This document shows, piece after piece, positions 14,878 to 34,267 of a stretch of 64,000 nt of DNA (its first letter is position 1; every line of letters begins with the position of its first letter). Under the pieces are notes generated by a model. It was not told the origin of the DNA, did not search any database, and saw only the letters and a program-made list of their open reading frames with translations. The position numbers were made by a program, and so were the translations under genes. This DNA is from Eledone cirrhosa (taxonomy: Eukaryota): the NCBI GenBank assembly GCA_964016885.1, contig CAXHJY010000049.1, forward strand, positions 25,349-89,348. The letters are read 5' to 3'.

Positions 14878-15639
14878 AAGCATATATATATATGAATAAA
14901 ATAATATATACCATTATCATACATATATCAGATATGCATATATATGTTTATATCTGATAAGTAAATGTATATATATATGGATATCTATATATGCATACAA
15001 ATGCTTGCATATATATATATATGCACACATGAATTTATATATGTTAATACATATATATATATATATATATATATAGATATATATATATATGTGTGTGTAT
15101 ATATATATATATATATGTGTGTGTATATATATATATATAGACATATGTATTTATATGTTTATATATATATGTACGTATATATATAAATATATATAAATAA
15201 CTATATACATATGTATATCAATATATATATATATAAATATATGTATAGATATATCAATATATATAAATATACACAGATAAATCTACCAATCAGTCGTAAA
15301 ATAATGAGTTTTACTATGAATTAACCGTTTTGTGTTTAATTTCATTGTTTTAATATTTCTATATATAAATATATATATATTTTTAAATATATATATTTAT
15401 ATATAAATATATTTACATATATTTAAATATATATATACGTTGATAAACATATATAATTTTATTTATATATATCTATATATATTATTGATATAGTTATATA
15501 TATTCATATACATATATATTCGTTTATATATATATATATATCTTAATTTATATATTTATTTACTTATATGTATTTGTGTATTTATGTATGTATTAATATA
15601 TATCCTTATACTAAAATACAGACGCATATACGTATGTGT

Positions 15640-15712
<73 letters not shown>

Positions 15713-15824
15713 AGAAACTATGACCCCGACGGCAGAGCTCAAGCCGTTTGACGGCAATTTCTGCACCAAAGTATTGAGTACTGGTGTGTTATGGACCATC
15801 TGGTACCTTACCACAACTCCTTCG

Positions 15825-15870
<46 letters not shown>

Positions 15871-16089
15871 GCGTGTACTTTTATGTAAATATATATGTGT
15901 GTGTGTATACATAAATATACGTACATATATATTTATGTATGTATACCTAAATATACATGCATATATATATATATATGTGTGTGTACATATTTATATACAT
16001 ATAATCATAAATACGTTCATATATGTATGTGATTTTATAAATGTATATTCATATATTAGTGTGTGTATACATAGACACCCACGTACATA

Positions 16090-18412
<2,323 letters not shown>

Positions 18413-18736
18413 TAAGTATTTTCACATAAGTGTCATAAGTGTACACTCACATACACTGAAAATACTCGTATAATAATATATATGTATAAATGCGTGTGTT
18501 TGTGTGACTCTATACACATGTACTTTGATGTATACAAACATGGAGACACATCTATATTCCTGATGACAGAAATATTACTGTAGGATTACTTATATGAACT
18601 TATATCAACCGGAGGACTTATGTAAGAGAGATGTAAGAATGTCATCCCACTACATCTGGAAGCTGTGTGACTGTTGAAGGGGTTGAATTTGCCATTTATA
18701 AACGGTGTATGTTATAACGGTATGCATGTTATGATT

Positions 18737-20710
<1,974 letters not shown>

Positions 20711-21084
20711 AAATGGAATAGAATGAAACGAAATTTCATTTCTCACTCTTAGTACGGCACTTACTTAAATGCAAGTATGTATGTATGTATACGTACATAC
20801 ATATATGTATACAGACGTACAGTAGTATGTATATATATACATACATGCACACACATATATATATGCACGTATGGGTTTACCGAACATTTATTATAATGCT
20901 CGGTTTGTTTGTTTGTAAACAAATAAACAGCCCGAATTACGCCATACAGCGTTTAGGCAACCTCGTCCCTTTTTTGTTCAACACTGACACAGGAACGATG
21001 TACTAGTTTCAAGCTTATTAGCTATCGTCAGCATCGTATACCTTCCTGCCAGATGGTTGAACGTCTGAAAGTATATACTTTCCT

Positions 21085-21300
21085 TATATATACATATAAA
21101 TATAAATACATATATATACATATTCATATAAATATATACATATATATATATATATATGTACATATAAATATATATTCATATATACATACATGTACATGTA
21201 CATATCTATATATACATATATATATATATACACGTACATATACATATAAATGTACATGTAGATATATATACATATATATATACATGTACATATAAATATA

Positions 21301-21341
<41 letters not shown>

Positions 21342-21738
21342 ACATAAATATATATATACATAAATATATATACATATAAATATATATACACATAAATATA
21401 TATATACATAAATATATATACATATAAATATATATACACATAAATATATATATACATAAATATATATACATATAAATATATATATATACAAACATATAAA
21501 TATATATATATATAAACATATAAATATATATATATATAAACATATAAATATATATATATTCATATAAATATATATATATACATATAAATATATATATATA
21601 CATATAAATATATATATATATACATATAAATATATATATATATACATATAAATATATATATATACATATAAATATATATATATACATATAAATATATATA
21701 TATACATATAAATATATATATATACATATAAATATATA

Positions 21739-21779
<41 letters not shown>

Positions 21780-21794
21780 ATACATATAAATATA

Positions 21795-21851
<57 letters not shown>

Positions 21852-21857
21852 ATAAAT

Positions 21858-21889
<32 letters not shown>

Positions 21890-22073
21890 ATACATATAAA
21901 TATATATATATACATATAAATATATATATATACATATAAATATATATATATATACATATAAATATATATATATACATATAAATATATACATATAAATATA
22001 TATACATACAAATATATATACATACACATATATATACATACAAATATATACATATACATATATATATATATGT

Positions 22074-22128
<55 letters not shown>

Positions 22129-22619
22129 CATACATACATATATACATACATACATATATATATACATACATACATATATATATACATACATACATATAGA
22201 TATATATATACATACATATATATATATATATATACATACACATATATATATATACATACACATATATATACATATACATATATTTATATATATATATATA
22301 TATACATATATATACATATATATATATATACAGATATATATATATATACATATATATACATATATATATATATACAGATATATATATATACACATATATA
22401 TATATATACACATATATATATATACAGATATATATATATACACATATATATATACACATATATATACACACATATATATATATATACACATATATATATA
22501 TATATATACACATATATATATATACATATATATATATACACATATATATATACACACATATATATATATACACATATATATATATATACACACACACATA
22601 TATATACACACATATATAT

Positions 22620-22662
<43 letters not shown>

Positions 22663-22665
22663 TAT

Positions 22666-22705
<40 letters not shown>

Positions 22706-22710
22706 CACAC

Positions 22711-22743
<33 letters not shown>

Positions 22744-22752
22744 TATATACAC

Positions 22753-22783
<31 letters not shown>

Positions 22784-22814
22784 TATATATACATATATAT
22801 AAATATATATATAC

Positions 22815-22849
<35 letters not shown>

Positions 22850-23003
22850 AATATATATATACATATAAATATATATATATATATACATATAAATATATAT
22901 ATATACATATAAATATATATATATACATATAAATATATATATATATACATATACACATATATATATACATATACACATATATATACATATACATATATAT
23001 ATA
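21085..23003. repeat. Large (TA)n-derived array (CATATAAATATATATA variant block)
   Basis: Direct reading. Confidence 0.95.
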
Positions 23004-23127
23004 TTTCGTTTCTGAATTTTTTTAGCAAGATTCTTTATCTGAAATCGTGTGTTGAAACCGATATTGTTATACAAAATGGCGTAGGACAGAACAAAGGAGA
23101 GGCACAGAAACAAAGAAACGAATCCCC

Positions 23128-23172
23128 AGTCACTGAAGAGGTCACAGAGTGTATGACGAAAGAACTCTGACT
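23128..23172 (+). ncRNA. Candidate minimal type I hammerhead ribozyme
   Basis: AGTCA-CTGAAGA-G-GTCA(cagagtgta)TGAC-GAAA-GaaC-TC-TGACT: stem I AGTCA/TGACT, stem II GTCA/TGAC, both core boxes, CUC triplet. Confidence 0.55.
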
Positions 23173-23314
23173 ATATATAAACAACTATCTGGTTGTGGAA
23201 CCAACCAACCAACCAGAAATTTGTAAATTTATAAATATATAATAAATTGAAGTGAAACAACTGGTGCGTGTGTTTCTTATTGGCAACATGACCCTCCCAA
23301 AGTATAACAACAAA

Positions 23315-24985
<1,671 letters not shown>

Positions 24986-25369
24986 GTGTGTGTGTATGTG
25001 TGATTAGGACCATGAAAGCAAAACGCAAGTTAGAAATAATTAGTTAATTATTTCATTACGAGCGATTGAGAGGGTTGATTCGTCCTGGAATATCGATAAG
25101 CATGGTAATGATTACGTCGCCACTAGTTTCAGCCTCAAAACGAGGTTGCACATTGTGATATTTATTGATTATTCTCCGTTCCGCACGTTTCGCAGACGGA
25201 TGGCTCAGGATCCATGTAAATGTTATAGACTTGACTCCAGCCCCAATCTACTCATCAGACTTATCAATCAAGCGAAACTAAATTCTCATCAGAGAGCACC
25301 CCACCCCAAATCATTTTCATATACAAGGGAATGGACCAAACAACGCGCACACATCACCCAACATATCTC

Positions 25370-25454
<85 letters not shown>

Positions 25455-25949
25455 GAATAATACATATACATACCAATATATATTATGATGTGTGTGTGTT
25501 AGAAATTGAAGAAATAAAATGATGGTGGAAGATGAAAAATAATATTGAAGGAGAGAAATGAGAGAAGGGGGTAGGGCGTAGAAGAAGAACAAAGAAAGCG
25601 GAAGTAAATGTAAAGTAAGGCAATATGAGATCTCGAGGTATTTGTGTGACTTCAGCCTTGTGAAGGTCGTGTATTCCTGTTGGGTAACAGATGTTTTCTG
25701 AAGTGTCTACATATCCCTTGTGCTTAAATTTATGAATGTTATATATATATATGTGTAATGTATATCTAATGTATATATATAATATATATGCAATATATAT
25801 ATGTGTGTGTGTGTGTGTTACGGACGTTTGGATATGGGTGAGGGGTGTCTATGTATGTAATGGACACAGCGGACCAGGCGTCAAAATGGCAGACACGTTA
25901 GAACGTCAAAGACAATGATTTGCGGTATTGGTTCCGAGCCTCTGCGCCC

Positions 25950-26011
<62 letters not shown>

Positions 26012-26468
26012 TATGTGTGTGTGTGTGTGTGTGTTTTGTGTGTGTCTTATGGTAACTAAGATGCGTTCATAGGCGGTATGCCGGTTGAACACTCTATGCT
26101 CCTACGGAGCAGAGTATGATAACAAGGAAAACGAAGAATCAGTGATGTATTCGTAAGGTCCTCAGATACGTCTGTTTGTATCAGAGCAAGTTATCTTTCT
26201 GTTGAAACCAACAGACGTATCTGAGGAACTTGCGAATCCAGAGTCAGGTGCGATCCACAAACAGATCGCACCTCGAGCTGTTTGCCGGAGAAACAATTGT
26301 AATACGTAGTAAATTGAGTTCCGATGCATCACTGATTCTTCGTTTTCCATATATATATATATATATATATATTATAAGAACAGATTACAGTTTAAGCAAA
26401 GGATCGCTGCTTTCACTCTTCTGAAACTTATCGAGCCCTCTTCGGATTTTACTCTTCACATTTATTAT

Positions 26469-26508
<40 letters not shown>

Positions 26509-26527
26509 TATATATATATACACACAC

Positions 26528-26565
<38 letters not shown>

Positions 26566-27094
26566 GTCTGCTATCGGATTACTTTTAATTATAATTTACT
26601 TAAAAGAAAACACACTGCCTCGCTTTGAAAGTTAGAAAAATACTTCATCTCTCAAGTCGTATGCAGTACACCTGAGTAATATTCATAAATTCGGAGCAAT
26701 GAAGTCACAACAAATTAGCCCCCGCCACGGCCCGAGTCCCCACAAAACCCCCAATCCCAGACTACATACGAACATCGTTCGTATGTAGTCTATACACAAA
26801 AGCAATAAGACTAATTGGCAAACATCCAACAACAATTATACTCTACTAACCTCCAAATATGATGAGTTTTTTATTATTATTTCTCCTTCACCTGTAACGG
26901 CGGCTCCTAATTTCCTGGATAAACATGTTCAGGGCCCATATTTATAGCGTGAGCCTCATTTGTATTAATTAGCGTTTCTATTTCTAAATGAGTATCTTAG
27001 AAAATATTTCGTTACGAAAGATAAGTTTTTACACCAAAATCTGATACATATAATTGAATGTAAGTAAACGGAGACATTTCTTTTCTTCTTATTC

Positions 27095-27305
27095 CATCTT
27101 CGTCTTCTTCTTCGTCGTCTTCTTGAGAGGGTTGTGGGAGCAGAGTTCTCAAACACTCCTTCCAGTGGATCCTGACAGAAACAACCGTCTCCAACTGATC
27201 TGGCTGGATCTGCCAAGCGTTAACCAACCATCTTGCTCTCTGTCTACCCCTGGGTCTCCTGTTGGTTGGTTTTGCCCCGTAAAATCTGTCCAGGGATTCT
27301 TTCAT
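27095..27305 (-). mobile_element. RTE-type LINE 3' end with GAA-rich tail
   Basis: Minus-strand translation KPTNRRPRGRQRARW...HWKECLRTLLPQP resembles the RPRGRPxxRW C-terminal motif of RTE ORFs. Confidence 0.65.
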
Positions 27306-27635
27306 TGCTTAAACACTTGCTCTGAAGACCTGGAAAGTTTCTTACTACTTTTATTAGTATCTAATCACTAAATTCTTAATATAAAGATATTTTTCTTTGT
27401 AACCTTGAATCATATGTTTGAAATGGATAATATACCACTTGGAATGTCTTCATATTCCAGACAAGAAACCAGTGGTTTTCTTTTTATATCCAATTTAATA
27501 ACAACCTGCCCGAAACAAGTCTCTGGTTCTTGAAAACAAAACCACACATTAAAAAAGGTTGATATTTAAATTATAATCCACCAATATAAATGTTATACTA
27601 GAACCATATAGCAAATTCTTATCTTAATAATCGTT

Positions 27636-27832
27636 ACCATTTTAGGCACATTCCAGCAATTTGAAGGGGAGGGATGTTGATTAAATCGATCACACTGCGT
27701 GATTGGTACTTTATTTTATCGATCCCGTGATGATGAAAAGCAAAGTAGACCTTGACGGGATTTGAACTCAGGACGTAATGAGCCGGAATAAATGCCACAA
27801 AGCATTTTCTCCGACACTCTAACGATTCCGCG
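27636..27832 (-). mobile_element. SINE copy
   Basis: Family body plus head recognisable on the minus strand. Confidence 0.8.
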
Positions 27833-28213
27833 GAAATGATTAGTAAATTTAGTACATAAATCCTTCAAGATTTTTCATTAAGTAATCGAAATAGAGTCTG
27901 TTTTATTTTCTTTGTTTTTATTATTATTTCTTTTGAGAAATACGATCAGAAATGTGTTAAAATGTCTGACAAGAGTTAATATTAGATATGGAGGTTAGTA
28001 ACAGATGGCATTGCCAAGAATGTGGTACAAACTAATCCAGTATCTACGTCATAACAGCGTTCAGTTATAATAACAAAGATTTCTACCAGTGAAAAAGGTC
28101 AACACTGACGGTGGGTGGGGTTGTGAGTTGTGTATAGCCCCGAGTACTTGGCTCTCGTACTTCTTTCATTGATATTGGAAGGATTAAATATATATTTATA
28201 TTAAGATGTTATG

Positions 28214-28402
28214 AGGGCGGTGGATTGGCAGTATCGGTAGAGGGTCGGACGCCATACTTTGCAACATAGAGTTACGGCCCTTTATGATCTGAGTTCAATC
28301 CCCGCCGAGGTTAACTTTACCTTTCATCCTTACGAGGTCGATAGAATAAAGTACCAGTAATGTACTGGAATAACGACTGGCCTTGTGCCAAAAGTAGAAA
28401 CA
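28214..28402 (+). mobile_element. Full-length SINE copy, followed by further fragments to ~28860
   Basis: GGGCGGTGGATTGGCAGTATCGGTAGAG...GAGTTCAATCCCCGCCGAGG...CCAAAAGTAGAAACA. Confidence 0.88.
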
Positions 28403-29762
28403 ATCATTGTTATACCGTCCTGTACTGTCCTTAATGTATTTTTTGTAAACCCTTTGTGGTTAATAAAGAAAGCATTGTTATTATTATTATTATTATTATT
28501 CCCGTCTATTGTATTTTCCCCCATCTTTCATCCTTACGGGGTCGGTAAAATAAAGTACCTGTCACGCACTGGGGTCGATTTAATCGACTTTCCCCTCCCC
28601 CCAAATTGCTGACCTTGTGCCTATATAAGAAACTATATCAATATGTCCTGGGGCGGAATGTCAGACAGATTTGCTGCATTCGTTTCGGTTCTCTGAGTTA
28701 AACTTTACTTTTCATCCTTTGGAGGTCGATAAAAAAAACGTACTAGCCAAGTGATGGACCGGTAGAACATAGGACAACTGTATGCTTTATTACAGCATAT
28801 AGTTACGTTCCTTTATGTTCTGAGTTCAAATGCCACTGAGGTTAGCTTTGCCTTTCATTTTGTATTCTCAGTAACTTCATGCCACGGATAACGAGATAAA
28901 CATCAGCGCCCTGATGAGAGCTACGGGTTTGAGACAGACTTCAGACAATAAATCATAGGGGTGTTTTATTTAACTCCATTCTCTGATTAATGACACACAG
29001 ACACATACCAGATGACAAGATCTATATCCTTGATAGAAGGACTTTGTTGCGTGAAGACATATTGTATTAAAAGAAAATTAAGAAGACGGTCAAATAATTA
29101 TTAAAAGCGCCATGTCAAAGTTGAAAATACAAATTTCATGACGGCTTGGTGACATGGCCATAAAGAATGTCTCCTTTTGTTGTCAGAGATCAAACACTGT
29201 GTAGCGACTTGATATTCTGTTGTAAAAAGGGGGCCAATAATTAAATCAATTACGGGGTTTATCTCGTTATTATTCTTTATATTTTACCTCCTATATAATA
29301 AGTTGAACATGTACAACATTTAGGGGGCAAATTGTCAGAGTCATTAGGACGTTGGATAGAATGATTTGCGGAATTTGTCCCTCCCCCCTCTCTCTCTCTC
29401 TCTCTCTCCCTCTAGATATCAACATCAATGGACCTGTTATTTTTTATCTAAAGACATTTTTTCCAATTCCACCCCGCCCGTCCCTTCAATCTATCTTATT
29501 TCTCATTCTTTCTTCTGATGAAGGACTAGCGTCCGATATGTTAAGACCCTCTTCCTGCTATATCAAGCGTTAACCTAATATATCCCTTCCATATACTGTA
29601 CCGATTGTGTTGTTATTTCTCTTTATCTTGATATATATATATTTATATATATATATATATATACATATATATACACACACACATGTATAGCCGGTGTCTG
29701 GGAGATACGGAGTTCGATTCCTCGTAACAGCCTAACTCAGAAACCGGTATGTGTATTTCCGA

Positions 29763-29945
29763 AGGCGGTGAATTGCCAGTATCGGTAGAGCGTCGGATAA
29801 GATGCTTTACAGCATAGAGTTACATCTTTTTATGTTCTGAGTTCAAATCCCGTCAAGGTTAGCTTTGGCTTTCATCTTTACGGGGTCGAATAATTCAACT
29901 TTTCCCACCCCACAAAAAAATGATTGGCTTTGTACCTAAATCAGA
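29763..29945 (+). mobile_element. SINE copy
   Basis: GGCGGTGAATTGCCAGTATCGGTAGAG head plus family body. Confidence 0.8.
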
Positions 29946-30176
29946 TTGTCTTATTTGCTCTTCCAAAATCGATCAGTACGTTGTTGCTACTTGTACAAAA
30001 TCATCAATAGTGTATTTCGGTTCAAGCACTCAACGTCATGTATTTTTTATCGAAATATGGTTTGTCAGTGAGATGAGGGAGCGTGTGTAGATTAAGGAAA
30101 ATGCAAAGTTCGGTGTATATAAGCACACAGACACACATAGAGAATACCGCCCTCTATACACCGAACTTCGCATTTT

Positions 30177-30233
<57 letters not shown>

Positions 30234-30322
30234 CACACATATATATATATATTTGTATGTGTATATATATATATATATGCCCCAGCATGGCTTCAGCCGG
30301 ATGGCTGGAACAGGTAAAAGAG

Positions 30323-30354
<32 letters not shown>

Positions 30355-30510
30355 CATGTATGTGTGTATGTGTTTGTGTGTTCGTGTATATATAAACAGG
30401 GTGTCTGTCAAAAATGTATACACAATTTGATTACCTGTACAGTCAATATTTATTAGAATGCACAGCCTGTTTGACATTTTTTTTGGACTATATATATGTA
30501 TTGTATATAT

Positions 30511-30549
<39 letters not shown>

Positions 30550-30772
30550 ATACATGGGGAGGGTCATATTGTTGTAATAATATTGCCAGAATTAATAACA
30601 GAACACACTCACTGTTTGGTTGGTTTTCGCTTCTGTATCTTTTATATCAGTTAATTTATTCGGTCTAAGTGTAACAATATTTGTCTCGACACACGATTTC
30701 ATATCAAAAGCCCCGCAAAACAAATATATATGTATATATTTGTATAAATAATGTATATATTTAATATAGAAG

Positions 30773-30823
30773 AGCTTCTACAGGACTAGAACTGTTTCAT
30801 TCGTGAGAAATCATCAGGAAGCT
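30773..30823 (-). ncRNA. Candidate type I hammerhead ribozyme (antisense copy)
   Basis: Reverse complement reads AGCTTC-CTGATGA-TTTCtcacGAAT-GAAA-CAGttctagtcCTG-TA-GAAGCT. Confidence 0.7.
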
Positions 30824-30907
30824 GGCTGTCTAAGTGGCTGGAGGTAACTTCACATCGTTGGTAGATGCTCCAATGATTAGAAGTTACCTCCACCAACTTG
30901 GACAGCC

Positions 30908-30958
30908 AGCTTCCTGATGATTTCTCACGAATGAAACAGTTCTAAACCTGTAGAAGCT
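30908..30958 (+). ncRNA. Candidate type I hammerhead ribozyme (sense to Wnt6)
   Basis: Stem I AGCTTC/GAAGCT, core CTGATGA (30914-20) and GAAA (30933-36), stem II TTC/GAA closed by U.U, stem III ACAG/CTGT, GUA triplet with predicted cleavage after 30952. Confidence 0.7.
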
Positions 30959-31038
30959 CTTGTATATTAAAACATTTATACTCTGCTATGTGTTGAGTAC
31001 CCTACTTACTGTGGTTACCTCCGATTCAACCCGGAATA

Positions 31039-31075
<37 letters not shown>

Positions 31076-31180
31076 ACTGTGAACTGCGGAATACTCTTAA
31101 TTCCGATCCTAGTATATTACTCTTTTACCTGTTTCAGCCATCCGGCCGAGGCCATGCTGGCGCACCGCCCCATATAATCT

Positions 31181-31214
<34 letters not shown>

Positions 31215-31637
31215 TGTATATATATATAAATACGTGTGTGTGTGTATGAATGTTTATTGTATAGGGAGGTATTCTGTGTGTCTGTGTTTGTGTGTCTATA
31301 TACATAACATATATGGGATCCTTTCACTATCTATATGCGTATATGCGTATATGCGCATATGTATAAATGTATGTTTGTCTGTGTGTGTTTCTGTTGTTTT
31401 TCATATTCTTCGGTTTTCCACTTTCGTTTCTCTCTCTTTCTATAGTACCTTAAGCGAAATAAGCACAGCGCTTCTCCTGCATGTGGCAGACTCTATGTAA
31501 GTATTCTTCCGTTCATTTTCCTTTCTAAGAATTCAGTGTTGGCTATCAAACTTAACTTTGCTCCGCCGAGTTGTGAGAAAAACCACTGCTTAATAAACAC
31601 CACACTCACCCACCATTGTATTTACTAATTAGTTAAT

Positions 31638-31830
31638 TGTTTCTACTTTTGGCATTTATCTCGGTGCATTACTGGTACTTTATTTTATCGACCCCCCCCC
31701 CCCCCCCCCGTAAGGATGAAAGGCAAAGTTAACCTCGGCTCGGCGGGATTTGATCTCAGACCATAAATAGACATAACTATGCTCGAAAGCATGGCGTCCG
31801 ACCCTCTACCGATTCTGCTATCCACCACCC
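31638..31830 (-). mobile_element. Full-length SINE with ~17-bp TSD
   Basis: Flanks TTTACTAATTAGTTAAT (31621) and TTTACTAATTAATTAAT (31831). Confidence 0.88.
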
Positions 31831-31965
31831 TTTACTAATTAATTAATGCTAATATTAATAGGTTAAAAGTTTTTGGTGTTCTTTGATTTGTCTTGTCTTT
31901 GCATAGAAATTAATTAATCATTTAGATAGTGGTTGTCGTCACTATTAAGTCTTTAATGTCAATTA

Positions 31966-32159
31966 GAGACCTGCCAACCTCTAAAAACCCAACGGGAGTA
32001 CCATGAAAAAAAGTGCCCCAAAACGGGGAGATATGAGGTAAAATGGGGAGATTTTTACATAATGAAAGCTGTATCCATTTTCACAAGAGTAGACATCTCT
32101 GACCCACCCCAAAGTGGGTGGGAGATCTCCCTGTTGGATGGGCAGATTTGACAGGTCTG
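31966..32159. mobile_element. MITE with AGACCTGCCAA/TTGACAGGTCT termini
   Basis: Terminal inverted repeats; a second, inverted copy lies at 38558-38932. Confidence 0.75.
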
Positions 32160-32204
32160 CAACTAATTAAAATGTGAAAGTTTCAAATACAGGAAAATAA
32201 CCGT

Positions 32205-32460
32205 AATAGTTGAGAAAACCTGGGCAAATTACCCCTAATGATGGATAAAAGTGGTCAGTAGCGCTTATAAGAAAATGAGACCCGCATTTTTTAGTTTTCA
32301 GGTGCCCCTGTCCACTTTATTTTACCGTCATTAGGGATGATTTTCGGGAAAAAAGGGGACAGTGGTGCCTACAATGAAATAAGGTTCGTATTTTTAAGGA
32401 ACCTCTGAACACTTTTTTTTACCGTCATTAGGGGTAACTTACCCAATTTTCTCAACTATT
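32205..32460. mobile_element. MITE with ~40-bp TIRs
   Basis: AATAGTTGAGAAAA..TGGG.AA.TTACCCCTAATGA.GG mirrored at 32422-32460. Confidence 0.75.
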
Positions 32461-33102
32461 ATCTAAAGCAATCGACTGTTATTACAGGTATTTTTGGCGT
32501 TTGGGACTCTCACAATTTCAAACACTCCCAGCCCTTTCATAATTCATAAGGTTTAATTAATTAAATTTACTTGATCTAGTAGACCTTATTTTTTTACTGT
32601 TTAGTCAAAGAAGGGAGGAAGAGCAGAAAATATAACCATTTTCAAGGCCTGTTGGAGGCGGGGGATGGGCGAGGAAGGTTTCTTCAAACCCGAGACCTAA
32701 TCTGAATACTTGAACTAGAGTGGACTTTACTTAAAACATCCACGTGTCAGGTGCGAGTGTAAAAGAGAGCGCCGGATAGTCTTACCTCCCGACCGACTGA
32801 TGTACACTTTACTAAAACTTTGACATGCATCAGTCGTCACTATTTAATTTTTCCAAGCTCTGAACTCATCCGATTTCTTCTGGAGAGAGAGAGAGAGAGA
32901 GAGAGGGAGAGATGGAGATAGATAGAGGGGGGGGGGTGAATAAAACAAGGCGGGAGTTACCAATATGTATAGTAGTCCGTTGGTCGAGGGCCCACGCATA
33001 TCTGGGGTCCCACTGCTGAAATAAAAGTTGAAATTCGTATTTCCTACATTATAAAAATGATGGTATTATTTAGAATTGGTTGACATTTGGACATTACAAA
33101 CA

Positions 33103-33142
<40 letters not shown>

Positions 33143-33199
33143 AGATTCAGGACCCCGACAGCTGAGCTCCGGCCGTTTCAACAGCTAGATCCGAACTAT

Positions 33200-33263
<64 letters not shown>

Positions 33264-33269
<6 letters not shown>

Positions 33270-33362
33270 GTCCTAAATAATGTGTACACAAAGGTTGTGC
33301 ATTCTAATAAATATTGCCTGGACAGGTAATCAAAATGTGTATACATTTTTTGGGACACCCTG
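33264..33362. mobile_element. ~100-bp Tc1/mariner-type MITE
   Basis: AGGGTGTCC...GGGACACCCTG termini; family copies near 11910, 30397, 43911 and 52727. Confidence 0.75.
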
Positions 33363-33406
33363 AAATTACACTTGCATATTATATATACATATACATACAT
33401 ACACAC

Positions 33407-33437
<31 letters not shown>

Positions 33438-33653
33438 AATTGACAGAGAACTTTTCCTAAAATGGTTGCTGCTCTAATGCTCTTTCCTTTGTTTTTGCTG
33501 TCATTCTCTCTTTGTGTGGTTTCAAGTGTGACTTTATCTCCGCCTGTTGCGAGGCTTCACGTGTTAATTCTTCATTTAATCAATGGTAGCATGCACTGAT
33601 AACTATATAAACGTGTGGTTTGTGTTTTTAACCCTACCTCTTATCATTATGAC

Positions 33654-33824
33654 CAGTGTCAGATTGACCATTGTGCTTAGGTCTACTTAAGCACAGGTCC
33701 CCGTTGGCCGGAGGAAGAGGGGTATCTTCCTGCCATGAAATATTTTTTACGATGACATTTCCAAATGTTTGGGGCCTCATAACTTAACTAGCCTAGGGCC
33801 TCATTTGTGCTAAATCCGGCACTA
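33654..33824. mobile_element. hAT-like MITE (CAGTGCCGGATT-type TIR)
   Basis: CAGTGTCAGATT / AATCCGGCACTA termini; 8-bp TSD ATTATGAC/ACTATGAC; related copy at 35176-35336. Confidence 0.7.
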
Positions 33825-34234
33825 ACTATGACCCGCATTTCTAGGATTAACATGCAAATCTGAATATTGCTTTGGACGGAATTGCAAGATGGTCGAATAT
33901 AGGCATCGTTTTCTTTTATTTTTGGGCGGGGGGGGGGGGGGGGGGGGGATTTATTTTGCAATATTCTTGATGTGAAATCGTGTGCTGAAATAAGTATTGC
34001 CGTCAAAGAATGTACGTAAGCCGAATTTTCTTATAAATAAAAGATGCTATGCAGAAAATTCAGTTTATAATAGAGATTTCTAGAGTTATATTAATACAAA
34101 ATAAAAGGTTTGTCTAAACATATTGTCATAAGTTAATAAAGGACACACATACGCAAGCACATCATATACACACACAAACACAAACTATTTAATTTTTCTA
34201 AGCTCTGAACTGATGAACTCATCCGATTTCTTCC

Positions 34235-34267
<33 letters not shown>

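Larger units (their letters stand above)
30761..31041 (+). mobile_element. Penelope-like pLTR-type fragment with inverted 5' duplication
   Basis: Hairpin 30761-30970 carries two hammerhead motifs; its 3' tail is shared with 36800-36932 (+) and 38248-38370 (-) and runs into (TA)n. Family assignment is inferred. Confidence 0.55.

Noticed and set aside
25146-25460. ORF containing CKC, possible second Wnt exon
   Set aside because: Lacks CKCHGxSGSC and other Wnt motifs; runs into a microsatellite.
27400-27560. Possible decayed transposase C-terminus on the minus strand
   Set aside because: Multiple stops and no clear motif; cannot be supported by eye.
28906-28963. CTGATGAG..GAGAC hammerhead-like motif
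   Set aside because: GAAA box mutated and stem III unpaired; at best a dead relic.
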